This document shows, piece by piece, positions 49,806-58,693 of a stretch of DNA of 64,000 bases. The translations under genes were made by a program, and so were the position numbers. The notes beneath the pieces were generated by a model, which saw only the letters and a program-made list of their open reading frames with translations, did not search any database and was not told where the DNA came from. How positions within the stretch are numbered: the first letter of the stretch is position 1; each line of letters begins with the position of its first letter. Origin of the DNA: Lachnospiraceae bacterium (lineage in GTDB: Bacteria > Bacillota > Clostridia > Lachnospirales > Lachnospiraceae); NCBI GenBank assembly GCA_021199495.1, contig JAJQHY010000087.1, positions 13,628 to 77,627 on the forward strand, read 5' to 3'.

Positions 49806-52450
49806 ATTACAGCAGGAAAGGAATGAAAAACACGCAGAAGTTGCTCAACTCAAAGACGCCGAAAATCAGGCACAGGGTTTTTGTTATGCTGGCCCGTGCG
49901 GCCTGCGTCTGCGTTCTGGGCGTGGTAATTGTCCTGGGTGCGGCGGCGATTGGTGTCTTTGACGCCTGTATCGATACGGCACCGGATGTGAGCGCTTCGG
50001 ATGTGGTAGCGACCGGGCAGTCGAGCTTTGTGTACGACAGCGAGGGCAACCAGATCGCCAAGCTGGTGGCCAGCAATTCCAACCGTATTTCCGTGACCAT
50101 CGACGAGGTGCCGGAGGACCTGCAGCATGCCTTTGTGGCAATAGAGGACAGCCGGTTTTATGAACATAACGGGATCGACATTATCGGTATCATCCGAGCC
50201 TTCATCAGCGGTATCAGAAATGGCTTCAATTTTACTTCCGGCGCCAGCACGATCACCCAGCAGCTGATCAAAAACACGGTTTTTGAGGACTTTGTCAATG
50301 AATCCACACTGGAAAGTATCACGCGTAAGATTCAGGAATGGTATCTTGCTATCAAGCTGAGCAATGAGCTTTCCAAGGACGAGGTGCTGATCCGTTATCT
50401 GAATACCATCAACTTAGGACAGAACTGCCTGGGTGTACAGGCTGCGTCGCTCCGCTATTTTAATAAGGATGTGTCGGAGCTGACCCTGTCTGAATGTGCG
50501 GTGATTGCAGCCATTACCAAGAGCCCGGAGGGCTATAATCCCATAAAAAATCCGGAGGCAAACGCGGAGCGGCGTGAGGAAGTCCTGGATGCCATGCTGG
50601 ATGAGGGCTATATTACGCAGGCGGAGTACGATGAGGCCATGGCGGACGACCCCTATACCCGTATCCAGCAGGTAAATGAGCTATATACCTCTGAGGACGA
50701 TGTGACATCCTATTTTGTAGATGCGGTGACCGACCAGGTATACGATGACCTGGTGGCGGCTGGCTATACGGAATCAGAAGCTTATAGTCTGATTTACAGC
50801 GGCGGCATCACGATCAATTCCACCCTGGTCCAGGATATTCAGGATATCGTGGATGAGGTGGTCAATGATGAGAGTAATTACCCCAATACGTATTATGAAC
50901 TGGAATACGCGCTCAGTGTGACCAGAGCCAACGGCGATGTGGAGCATTTCAGTACGGAAATGATGCAGAGCTATTTAAAGGAAATCGGTTACAGTGAAAA
51001 TGGATACAGTACTTCTTCCCCCATGCTTTTTGCGAGTGAGGAGGCGGCCGATGAAGCAATTGCCGTCTATCAGGCCTCTGTGCTGGAGGAAGGGGACGAG
51101 ATCCTGGCAGAGAGCATCTCGCTGACGTTAGAGCCACAGACCTCCGTCTGCATCATCGACCAGAGCACGGGCTATGTGGTGGCTCTAAGCGGCGGCCGCG
51201 GGGAGAAGACAGTCAGCAAGGCCTTCAACAGGGCTACTGACGCGACACGTCAGCCGGGCTCCTGTTTTAAAGTGCTGGCGGCTTACGCACCGGCGCTGGA
51301 CAGCGGCTATACGCTCGCGGACACGATCATGGATTCTGCCTTTGCCTACACGAACGCGGGCAATGATGAGGATAACCGTCTGGTCAACAACTGGTGGGGA
51401 TCCACCTACAAAGGTCTGCTCACGCTGCGCTATGGCATTTATTATTCGGGGAACGTCATTACCGTAAAGCTCCTGACCATGATTACGCCCAGGATGGGCA
51501 TGGATTATCTGTTGAATTTCGGCTTTACGACGCTGGTTTCTGAGACAGATGAGAATGGCAATACGGACGTGACGCAGGCGCTGTGCCTGGGCGGCATCAC
51601 AAATGGTGTGACCAATATAGAGCTGACTGCGGCCTATGCGTCGATCGCCAACGGCGGTACCTACAATGAACCGACTCTGTATACCACGGTTTTAGACAGC
51701 AACGGCAACGTGATTCTGGACAGAACCAGCAGTGAAACAAGACAGACGGTAATGGATACCACGGCCTGGCTTCTGATTGATGCCATGAGAGACTGTGCTT
51801 CCTCCATCGGTACCGGTGGCAGAGCCGCTTTTTCCGGGCAGGATGTGGCGGTCAAAACCGGTACGACATCTGACAATCTGGATGTATGGGTTTCCGGCTT
51901 CACCGGGTATTATACCTGCAGCATCTGGCTTGGCTATGACAATAATAATAAGAGCGGCGGCTTAAGCTCCTCGGAGACAAAGGTGCACCTGAATATGTGG
52001 AATCAGATCATGTCTCAGATCCATGAGGACCTGGAGTATGAGGAGATCATGGAGCAGCCGGTGGATATTGTGGAGGTACAGGTCTGCAGCAAGTCCGGCA
52101 AACTGCCCATTGAAGGTATCTGCGACGGCTGTGTCACAACCGAATATTTTGCCGTAGGTACAGAACCTACGGAGTATTGTGACGTGCACTGGGTAGGCTG
52201 GATCTGTAATGAGGACGGCCTGCCGGCAACGGATTACTGCCCGAGCGCGACCTATGGAATCTGTGAGGTTCTGCCGCTGCAGGATGCATCTCTCTGGGAG
52301 GGCCTGGAGGCAGCCGGCAGCTCGATCGGCGGCGAGGTCAACTACTGCCACCACACCTACGAATATATGCTGGAAACGTATGGCTATGCGGAGGTCGTGG
52401 ACCATGCGGCAGCGGCTGCTGCCGCGGCGGCGGAAACCGGCGGTGAATAA
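49802..52450 (+). CDS. Class A penicillin-binding protein (transglycosylase/transpeptidase)
   Basis: 882 aa. N-terminal TM, GT51 motifs (AFVAIEDSRFYEHNGID, GASTITQQL), transpeptidase SCFK and KTGT motifs, and a poly-Ala C-terminal tail. Confidence 0.9.
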   Translation: MNYSRKGMKNTQKLLNSKTPKIRHRVFVMLARAACVCVLGVVIVLGAAAIGVFDACIDTAPDVSASDVVATGQSSFVYDSEGNQIAKLVASNSNRISVTIDEVPEDLQHAFVAIEDSRFYEHNGIDIIGIIRAFISGIRNGFNFTSGASTITQQLIKNTVFEDFVNESTLESITRKIQEWYLAIKLSNELSKDEVLIRYLNTINLGQNCLGVQAASLRYFNKDVSELTLSECAVIAAITKSPEGYNPIKNPEANAERREEVLDAMLDEGYITQAEYDEAMADDPYTRIQQVNELYTSEDDVTSYFVDAVTDQVYDDLVAAGYTESEAYSLIYSGGITINSTLVQDIQDIVDEVVNDESNYPNTYYELEYALSVTRANGDVEHFSTEMMQSYLKEIGYSENGYSTSSPMLFASEEAADEAIAVYQASVLEEGDEILAESISLTLEPQTSVCIIDQSTGYVVALSGGRGEKTVSKAFNRATDATRQPGSCFKVLAAYAPALDSGYTLADTIMDSAFAYTNAGNDEDNRLVNNWWGSTYKGLLTLRYGIYYSGNVITVKLLTMITPRMGMDYLLNFGFTTLVSETDENGNTDVTQALCLGGITNGVTNIELTAAYASIANGGTYNEPTLYTTVLDSNGNVILDRTSSETRQTVMDTTAWLLIDAMRDCASSIGTGGRAAFSGQDVAVKTGTTSDNLDVWVSGFTGYYTCSIWLGYDNNNKSGGLSSSETKVHLNMWNQIMSQIHEDLEYEEIMEQPVDIVEVQVCSKSGKLPIEGICDGCVTTEYFAVGTEPTEYCDVHWVGWICNEDGLPATDYCPSATYGICEVLPLQDASLWEGLEAAGSSIGGEVNYCHHTYEYMLETYGYAEVVDHAAAAAAAAAETGGE

Positions 52451-52537
52451 GAGCGGAAAACGGCGAAAAATCGGAACTGAGAAATTTGAAAAAATATTTG
52501 ACAAATAAAAACCTCCGTGATATTATATGACGGTAGC

Positions 52538-52610
52538 GCTGCTGTGGCTCAGTCGGTAGAGCGTCACATTGGTAATGTGGAGGTCACGAGTTCGATTCTC
52601 GTCAGCAGCT
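52538..52610 (+). tRNA. tRNA-Thr (anticodon GGT)
   Basis: Hand-folded cloverleaf. Acceptor GCTGCTG/CAGCAGC, D arm GCTC-AGTCGGTA-GAGC, anticodon arm TCACA-TTGGTAA-TGTGG, T arm ACGAG-TTCGATT-CTCGT. No encoded CCA. Confidence 0.9.
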
Positions 52611-52643
52611 TTCTGCAAATGACGTCAAATATGTAAATAAGAG

Positions 52644-52675
52644 CACAGTCTGGGATATCTCAGACTGTGTTTTTA
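52644..52675 (+). terminator. Rho-independent terminator after tRNA-Thr
   Basis: CACAGTCTG / CAGACTGTG stem followed by TTTTTATTT. Confidence 0.75.
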
Positions 52676-52680
52676 TTTAT

Positions 52681-52899
52681 GTGCATGATGTTTTTTGTTG
52701 TTTTCAGTGCAGTTTCTATTTATCTTTCAATCTAATTCACAGGACCATTGTCATCGAAGGGGTGCGGTATCATGATGACCGTCCCAAATCCTGTGAGCGC
52801 TGCTTTTTTGGGAAGAACAAAAGAACTGGCTGCATTCTGGGAAAAGAAAACTGCTATTTAAATGGTCGAAGTAATCTTCGTCAAAAATCTGTCCGTTAA
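52681..52899 (+). pseudogene. Possible remnant of a Cys-rich mobile-element protein
   Basis: The segment IEGVRYHDDRPKSCERCFFGKNKRTGCILGKENCY resembles, from memory only, small Cys-rich proteins of clostridial conjugative elements. There is no credible start or RBS. Confidence 0.25.
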
Positions 52900-53050
52900 A
52901 TCAGTATTGACAGGTATATTCCTGGGACAGCCTTCGGGCTGTCTTACATAGGAAAATGGGGATTTGCGGCTTGTTTGGAGCAGGGGGAACTGATATAATT
53001 AATTTGTTGTATGACATCGAAGGCGATAGAAAAGATGATCCGCTTTTATA

Positions 53051-53263
53051 GTGGAAATATTGTTCCATTCTAAGAAATGCCCGGAATGTGCGGGGGAACT
53101 CTCTAAAGAAAAGACCTGCGAACAGGTTAGAGGTGAGGATGTCAATTCTGTATCGGATCCGTTCTTCGTTCCAAGTATACGGGTCAATCACTGCGGATAC
53201 ATTTTTCATTGCCGGAAATGTGGTAAGGTGTTTACGCTTGCGGAACTCGCGGAAAAGTATTGA
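53051..53263 (+). CDS. Small zinc-ribbon protein (hypothetical)
   Basis: CPEC ... CRKC pairs. GTG start without a clear RBS, so this may be a remnant. Confidence 0.3.
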   Translation: MEILFHSKKCPECAGELSKEKTCEQVRGEDVNSVSDPFFVPSIRVNHCGYIFHCRKCGKVFTLAELAEKY

Positions 53264-53324
53264 GTATGGGCGTCCTTTATGATGAGGGCTGTATGGATGA
53301 ACAGATAAATTGGAAGAGGTATTC

Positions 53325-54062
53325 ATGTCATTATACGCGATCGGTGATTTTCATCTTTCCTTCCAGACCGATAAACCGATGGATTCGTTTGGGAGAGTCT
53401 GGAGAAAGCATGAAGAGAAAATCCAAAAGAACTGTAATAAACTGGTCAGCCCGGAGGATACGATTGTAATCACCGGAGATCATTCCTGGGGGAGAAATCT
53501 GGAAGAATGCAGAGAGGATCTTAAATTTATTGAGGCACTCCCGGGTCGGAAGATTCTGCTGAGAGGCAACCATGACATGTTTTGGGATGCGAAAAAGACT
53601 GCGCGAATGAACCAGGAATATCAGGGGAGGCTCGCGTTTTTACAGAACAATTATTATGTATATGAAGATTATGCGCTGGTAGGAACCAAAGGGTACACAT
53701 TTGAAGGTCCTTTTTATCTGGACCGGAGGGGCAGAATTACCGGCTGGGATGAAGAGAAAGAAGAGCACGCGAAAAAGCTGATCGGGCGGGAAATGACAAG
53801 ATTACAGACGTCTTTTGATGCGGCCTCCGCAGCAGGGTACCGGAAATTCATCCTGTTTCTGCACTATCCTCCGACCAGCATTATTGAGACAGACAGTGCC
53901 TTTACACGGATCGCAGAACAATATCATGTGGAACATGTGGTGTATTCTCATTGCCACGGAGAAAGCCGCTTCGGGGACAGCATTCGCGGGGAATATCATG
54001 GGATCATGTATCATCTGGTTTCCGGAGATTATCTGAACTTTTGCCCGGAGCGGATTCTGTAA
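53325..54062 (+). CDS. Metallophosphoesterase
   Basis: GDFHLS, GDHSWG, GNHD and HCHGE motifs. Start trimmed to MSLYAIGD after GGAAGAGG. Confidence 0.8.
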   Translation: MSLYAIGDFHLSFQTDKPMDSFGRVWRKHEEKIQKNCNKLVSPEDTIVITGDHSWGRNLEECREDLKFIEALPGRKILLRGNHDMFWDAKKTARMNQEYQGRLAFLQNNYYVYEDYALVGTKGYTFEGPFYLDRRGRITGWDEEKEEHAKKLIGREMTRLQTSFDAASAAGYRKFILFLHYPPTSIIETDSAFTRIAEQYHVEHVVYSHCHGESRFGDSIRGEYHGIMYHLVSGDYLNFCPERIL

Positions 54063-54102
54063 AGGAACAGGGGATATTTAACAGCGGAAAGGAAAGAGGT
54101 GG

Positions 54103-54381
54103 ATGATGAAAATACAGAATTTATTGCCAATCGGTTCCGTGGTTCTTTTAAAGAACGGGGAGAAATAACTGATGATTATCGGCATTATGCAAAGTGACAG
54201 AGGCCGTAAAAAGAAGAACTACGATTATTTAGGTGAATTATATCCGGAAGGACATCTTGGTGAGGGAGTTCATCAGTATCTGTTTAATCACGAGGATATA
54301 GATGAAATCATTTTCAGGGGTTATGAGGATGATGAGAGAGCGAAATTTCTGAAAAGTCTTTCAGACGAATATGAGAACTGA
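54103..54381 (+). pseudogene. DUF4176-like gene interrupted by an in-frame TAA
   Basis: MMKIQNLLPIGSVVLLKNGEK-stop(54166-54168)-LMIIGIMQ...YDYLGELYPEG...LFNHEDIDEIIFRGYED reads as a single DUF4176-like sequence across the stop, all in one frame. Confidence 0.6.
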
Positions 54382-54395
54382 AGGAGGAAAAGCAG

Positions 54396-54821
54396 ATGGA
54401 TCACATCAGAGTTTCTGAGCCTTTACGTTTGGATGGGACAAAGAATATAAGGGACATGGGAGGATATCCTACACAAAACGGGACAACAGCCAGAGGGGCT
54501 TTCCTTCGTGCGGACGGCCTGCAGGAGCTGACTGACAGCGATATAGAAACGCTTGAGCAATACGGAGTACGCCGGGTGATTGACCTGCGCAGTGACATGG
54601 AAGTAAAATACATGAAAGTTGTTTTCGCCAGACAGAAGGAACAGGCCGCTGCGAACGGGATTAAAATTAAAGATTATATGCTGCGCTCCAAACCGGAGGA
54701 TATGCAGAATACATTGGATTATTTCCATAACAGATATACCGATGCAGAAACATATTTGCTTCAGAAGTGCGGCTGCAGTAAAGAAGAGACAGCTTTTCTG
54801 AAGCTTCGCCTGATGGGTTAA
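54396..54821 (+). CDS. Truncated tyrosine-phosphatase-like protein lacking the catalytic loop
   Basis: The N-terminus (NIRDMGGYPT...FLRADGL...GVRRVIDLRSDME) matches Y_phosphatase3-type proteins. The protein is only 141 aa and has no HCxxGxxR motif. Confidence 0.5.
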   Translation: MDHIRVSEPLRLDGTKNIRDMGGYPTQNGTTARGAFLRADGLQELTDSDIETLEQYGVRRVIDLRSDMEVKYMKVVFARQKEQAAANGIKIKDYMLRSKPEDMQNTLDYFHNRYTDAETYLLQKCGCSKEETAFLKLRLMG

Positions 54822-54835
54822 GCGGGTAAGAAATC

Positions 54836-55732
54836 ATGAATTATGACCTGCTTCCTGAATTTCAGAAATACAGTTGGATCCGGATGCCTGTTCAGCCGGT
54901 ACTTTTAAAAGCAGCAAACAGACTTATGCCGGTGATACAGCATGGCAGGAGACTTGACTCCCGCCTTTCGTCCAAATCGATTCACATCGGTGAGTTTACA
55001 GCGAAACTGATTCGGCCAAAAGACAGAGAGACTGACGCCGTTCTGATTTATTATCATGGAGGGGCGTTTGTTCTGAAAGCGGCAGCATACCACAAAAACC
55101 TTGCGCAGACATATGTGCTGCAGGCCAACTGCGCGGTGCTGTTTGTGGATTATCGCCTGGCTCCGAAATACAAGTTTCCGGTTCCCCTCATGGACTGCTT
55201 TGAGGCATATTGCTGGGTACTTGAGAACTTTCCTTCAAGCAGGCTGGTGGTCGGAGGGGACAGCGCCGGCGCCGACCTAGCAATGTCGGTTATGCTGATG
55301 GCAAGGAATAAAGGGAAAAGAATGCCGGATGGGCAGATGCTGATTTATCCTGGAGCTGCAAGTCATTCTGATACGGTGTCCATGCAAAGGTTTCAGGACA
55401 CGCCGATGTGGAACTCGGTATTAAATGAAAAGGCGCTTGATCTGTATGCTAATCGGGAAGACCGCGATGACCCGCTGTTTATGCCGTTGCTTGCAGATAG
55501 CTTTTCCGGTTTCCCGCCGGCCTATGTGGAGACCGCGGAATTTGACTGCCTCCATGATGCGGGAGTACAGATAGCGGAACGATACAGGGCGGACGGGATT
55601 GAAGTCATACTGAATGAGACAACGCATACCATTCATGGATATGATATTGCAGAGAATTCACCATATGTAAAGGAACAGGTCAGGAAGAGAATATCTTTTC
55701 TGACGGATATATTTAAGCAGGGTGGGATTTAA
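54836..55732 (+). CDS. Alpha/beta hydrolase, HSL-type esterase/lipase
   Basis: YYHGGAFVL oxyanion motif and GDSAGADLA nucleophile elbow. Confidence 0.85.
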   Translation: MNYDLLPEFQKYSWIRMPVQPVLLKAANRLMPVIQHGRRLDSRLSSKSIHIGEFTAKLIRPKDRETDAVLIYYHGGAFVLKAAAYHKNLAQTYVLQANCAVLFVDYRLAPKYKFPVPLMDCFEAYCWVLENFPSSRLVVGGDSAGADLAMSVMLMARNKGKRMPDGQMLIYPGAASHSDTVSMQRFQDTPMWNSVLNEKALDLYANREDRDDPLFMPLLADSFSGFPPAYVETAEFDCLHDAGVQIAERYRADGIEVILNETTHTIHGYDIAENSPYVKEQVRKRISFLTDIFKQGGI

Positions 55733-55812
55733 AATGCTTTCAGAACCGATTATTACCGATAAGCTATATTAGCTGCGGCAAAGCAGTCAAATACAGAAAT
55801 GAAGATACATAG

Positions 55813-55849
55813 CTCACATGATTTTTATGAATCGTGTGGGCTTATTTTT
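55813..55849 (+). terminator. Rho-independent terminator
   Basis: 11-bp stem CTCACATGATT / AATCGTGTGGG (two G-U pairs) followed by CTTATTTTT. Confidence 0.55.
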
Positions 55850-55889
55850 ATGATCGGAGGTGGTGAAAGAAGTGGAGCGAGGCTCACGG

Positions 55890-56051
55890 TATGGGCCGCG
55901 GTGGAGCACGACCGGACGGGACGCTGTATGAGATGACGTCTGACCAGCAGAGGGAGGCCGCAAAACTCATATTGATCGTCTCAGCCATAAAATGGCTGGT
56001 CATGAAGATCGATGCATTGAATGATATGCTCTGGGATGTCGTCAGATCGTG
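55890..56051 (+). CDS. Unlisted 53-aa ORF (hypothetical)
   Basis: Hand translation gives MGRGGARPDGTLYEMTSDQQREAAKLILIVSAIKWLVMKIDALNDMLWDVVRS. It falls below the ORF-track length cut-off, and a GGAG-containing purine stretch lies upstream. Confidence 0.2.
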
Positions 56052-56142
56052 ATGATTCAAATATCTTAACGTAAAAATTTGCATCTGAACATAAACTGTG
56101 TTAAGATGTAAAAAATAATGTTAAGATAGGATCAGAACAGGT

Positions 56143-57099
56143 ATGGAAGAGTATTTGAGACAGTTGCTGCATGCACCTGTAGAAGAACAGCCAGTTGACA
56201 ATCCGGGAAGGATCCCGTTAATGCTGTCGGGAATCTATGAGATTAAAGCTTATAAGATAGGGCAAAAGACTGTGTACTTTATTCATCCGAAGGTACAGGT
56301 ATCTCTGCCGCAGTTAAAAAAACAGTTTCAAAAGCTTCGGTCAATTTTAGGGGCGGACTGTGTTTTATATGATGACGGGTATACGCGATATGGAATTCCG
56401 AAATTGGTGGAAGCTGGAATTCCGTTTATCTTTGGAGAAAATAATATTTATCTACCAAATTTTGGAATTCGGCTTCATGAAGAATCACAGCCACGTTATC
56501 CGGATGCAGAAGAGTTTTCCCCTTTTACACAAAAACTGATCTTGACAGCTTTGTATCAGGGATGGGAGCATGTATCCGGAAAAGACCTGGCGGAGTTCTT
56601 TCATGTATCACGCATGACAGTGAACAGGGCTCTCGTTGAGGTTGAGGCGTTGAAACTTCCACTGACAGTATTAGAGGGCAATACAAGATATTATAACAAT
56701 CACCTTCAATGCGAAGAGCTGTACAGACAGTGTGAGCCTTATCTGATTAATCCTGTCAGCAAGGAAGTACGGATGAAATATATTCCGGAAAAGCAAATGC
56801 TGAAAGGTGGAATTTCTGCACTGGCGGAATATTCCATGCTCGGAGATAATGCCTATCCTACCTTTGCGGTGGACAGGGACCAGTATCGGGAGCTTCAGGT
56901 CAGTCAAAATGACATATTGCCCAGAAGAGAAACGCCGGCATGTATAGTTCAGGTACACCGGTATCTGATTGGTCAGAATGGGGTGATTGATCCGATTAGT
57001 ACAATTCTGTCCCTTTCAGCAGAAGATCGGGAAGATGCAAGGGTTGAGCAATCTGTAAATGCGGTTTTGGAGGATATTTTTCATGGTAAAGGGGCTTGA
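56143..57099 (+). CDS. HTH-containing protein, candidate AbiEi-like partner of the downstream nucleotidyltransferase
   Basis: Central HTH (SGKDLAEFFHVSRMTVNRALVEVE). The 3' end overlaps the downstream gene's ATG (57083) by 17 nt. Confidence 0.5.
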   Translation: MEEYLRQLLHAPVEEQPVDNPGRIPLMLSGIYEIKAYKIGQKTVYFIHPKVQVSLPQLKKQFQKLRSILGADCVLYDDGYTRYGIPKLVEAGIPFIFGENNIYLPNFGIRLHEESQPRYPDAEEFSPFTQKLILTALYQGWEHVSGKDLAEFFHVSRMTVNRALVEVEALKLPLTVLEGNTRYYNNHLQCEELYRQCEPYLINPVSKEVRMKYIPEKQMLKGGISALAEYSMLGDNAYPTFAVDRDQYRELQVSQNDILPRRETPACIVQVHRYLIGQNGVIDPISTILSLSAEDREDARVEQSVNAVLEDIFHGKGA

Positions 57100-57837
57100 T
57101 AAATTTAAGGAATTTTTTCAGAATATAAGGAGCAGTATGTTCTGATTGGCGGTGCGGCCTGTGACGTGATTATGGAGGAATTTGACAGTTCTTTCAGAGC
57201 AACCAGGGACTTAGACATTGTATTGATTGTAGAAGCATTGACACCTGAATTCGGATATGCATTCTGGAAATTCATTCAGGAAGGGAAATATCGAAACAAG
57301 AGTATGAGCACGGAAAATCCGCATTTTTATCGTTTTGATAAACCACAGGAGCCAGGGTTTCCGTATATGCTGGAATTATTTTCAAGAAATTCATTTGAAC
57401 TGAAACATCCGGATATGAATTTAACACCGTTGCATTTTGATGAAGAAGTTTCAAGTCTTTCTGCGATTTTGCTGAATGACGCATATTATGAAATGCTTTT
57501 AAAGGGAAGAGAAGAAATAGATGGGGTCAGGGTACTTGCGCCGGCATATATTATTCTGTTCAAGGCAAGAGCGTGGCTGGATCTGAGAAAAAAGAAGGAT
57601 AGTGGTGTTCATGTGGACGAGAAAGACATTAAGAAACATAAAAATGATGTAGTTCGTCTGGCTTCCGTATTAAGCGATGATAGTATTATAGATTTACCGG
57701 AAGAGATATATGCAAATATGGAAGAGTTCATCAGAAATCTTGAACAGTCACCGGCAGACACGAAAGCACTGAAAATTGAAGGTGTTTCAAGTGAACAGAT
57801 TTTAAATCGATTGAAAAAAATATATCAAAAGAAATAA
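57083..57837 (+). pseudogene. Nucleotidyltransferase-fold protein (AbiEii-like) with a frameshift in a T6 run
   Basis: Frame 2 from the ATG at 57083 gives MVKGLDKFKEFFQNIRSSMF-stop. Frame 1 continues EYKEQYVLIGGAACDVIMEEFDSSFRATRDLDIVL (GG...D.D NTase motif). One extra T at 57113-57118 would give a continuous 251-aa protein. Confidence 0.6.
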
Positions 57838-57888
57838 CAGATCATTCACGGGGTCGTCCTTCTTAAATGAGCAGGGCGGCCCTTTTTC

Positions 57889-58245
57889 GTGCAGAAATAT
57901 ATGTGTAAGTGTGACGTTAAAGAAGGAGGTGAGGCTTATCGCGGCTACGAGGATTATTCCGCTGCACGTCAACAAGAAACCTGTGTCCAATGTGGAAGTG
58001 TTTTTATTATCATGCTGGATGAGTTCATCAGCAAGTTGGACAGCGGAATGAAGTTGCCGCGCCGTTGTCCTCGCTGCAGGAGGGAAAACCGAAGAAATCC
58101 AGATCCATACCGGGGCTGGCAGCAACAAGAATGCAATACCCGGCAACAAAGGGACACCGTCATCAGGTACATGGCGGTGTTTTTCATGACCAAAAAGGAG
58201 GAATCAAAATGCAGAATGATGACAGAAGCAGAGATGAGAAAATGA
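57889..58245 (+). CDS. Zinc-ribbon protein (hypothetical)
   Basis: CVQCGSVF...LPRRCPRCRRE resembles the zf-trcl type zinc ribbon. GTG start, no RBS, and it overlaps the next gene. Confidence 0.35.
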   Translation: MQKYMCKCDVKEGGEAYRGYEDYSAARQQETCVQCGSVFIIMLDEFISKLDSGMKLPRRCPRCRRENRRNPDPYRGWQQQECNTRQQRDTVIRYMAVFFMTKKEESKCRMMTEAEMRK

Positions 58246-58448
58246 CATTAGAGGAGATAATCAATTTCTTAAAGTCAATGCCAAAATCGAAGTACAAGAT
58301 AGTAGATACAGTCAAGTACCGTAAAATGCAGTCGGCAGCAGAGAAATGCAGGGAATTGTTTTGTACAGATAATTTTGAAATCGTACCGCACACAGACGGA
58401 ACACTGGAGTTTAACCTGGCATTTCAGAGCATGCTGAAATCAATGTAG
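58209..58448 (+). CDS. Hypothetical 79-aa protein
   Basis: ATG preceded by AAAAAGGAGGAA. No recognisable motif. Confidence 0.5.
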   Translation: MQNDDRSRDEKMTLEEIINFLKSMPKSKYKIVDTVKYRKMQSAAEKCRELFCTDNFEIVPHTDGTLEFNLAFQSMLKSM

Positions 58449-58614
58449 GGGAGGCTGTTATATGGTATTTCTGGAATTCTTGTTTTGGCTGTTTGTTCTT
58501 TGCTTTCAAATGGGGTAGGAAGACCATCAATGGGGCTGTTTTACATCCCTCTTGTTGCTCTCCCTTTTTGCGTTGATTGTGTCGCAGATTTTTTGAAGGA
58601 GTCTTGAGAAAAGT

Positions 58615-58643
58615 TGCCTTGCATAGAAATTTTGTCTATAATG
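58615..58643 (+). promoter_or_regulatory. Sigma-A promoter candidate for the WYL regulator
   Basis: TTGCCT, a 17-nt spacer, then TATAAT, about 50 nt upstream of the start. Confidence 0.45.
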
Positions 58644-58693
58644 AGAATATGAAAAGTGGAAGAAACAAAAATCTGTGACGAGGAGAAACCGTG

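Noticed and set aside
52408-52450. Poly-alanine tract (AAAAAAAAAETGGE) at the PBP C-terminus
   Set aside because: Low-complexity tails are common on class A PBPs, and nothing suggests a separate feature.
52901-53326. 141-aa minus-strand ORF
   Set aside because: No RBS and an implausible composition. It overlaps the zinc-ribbon ORF and the start of the metallophosphoesterase gene.
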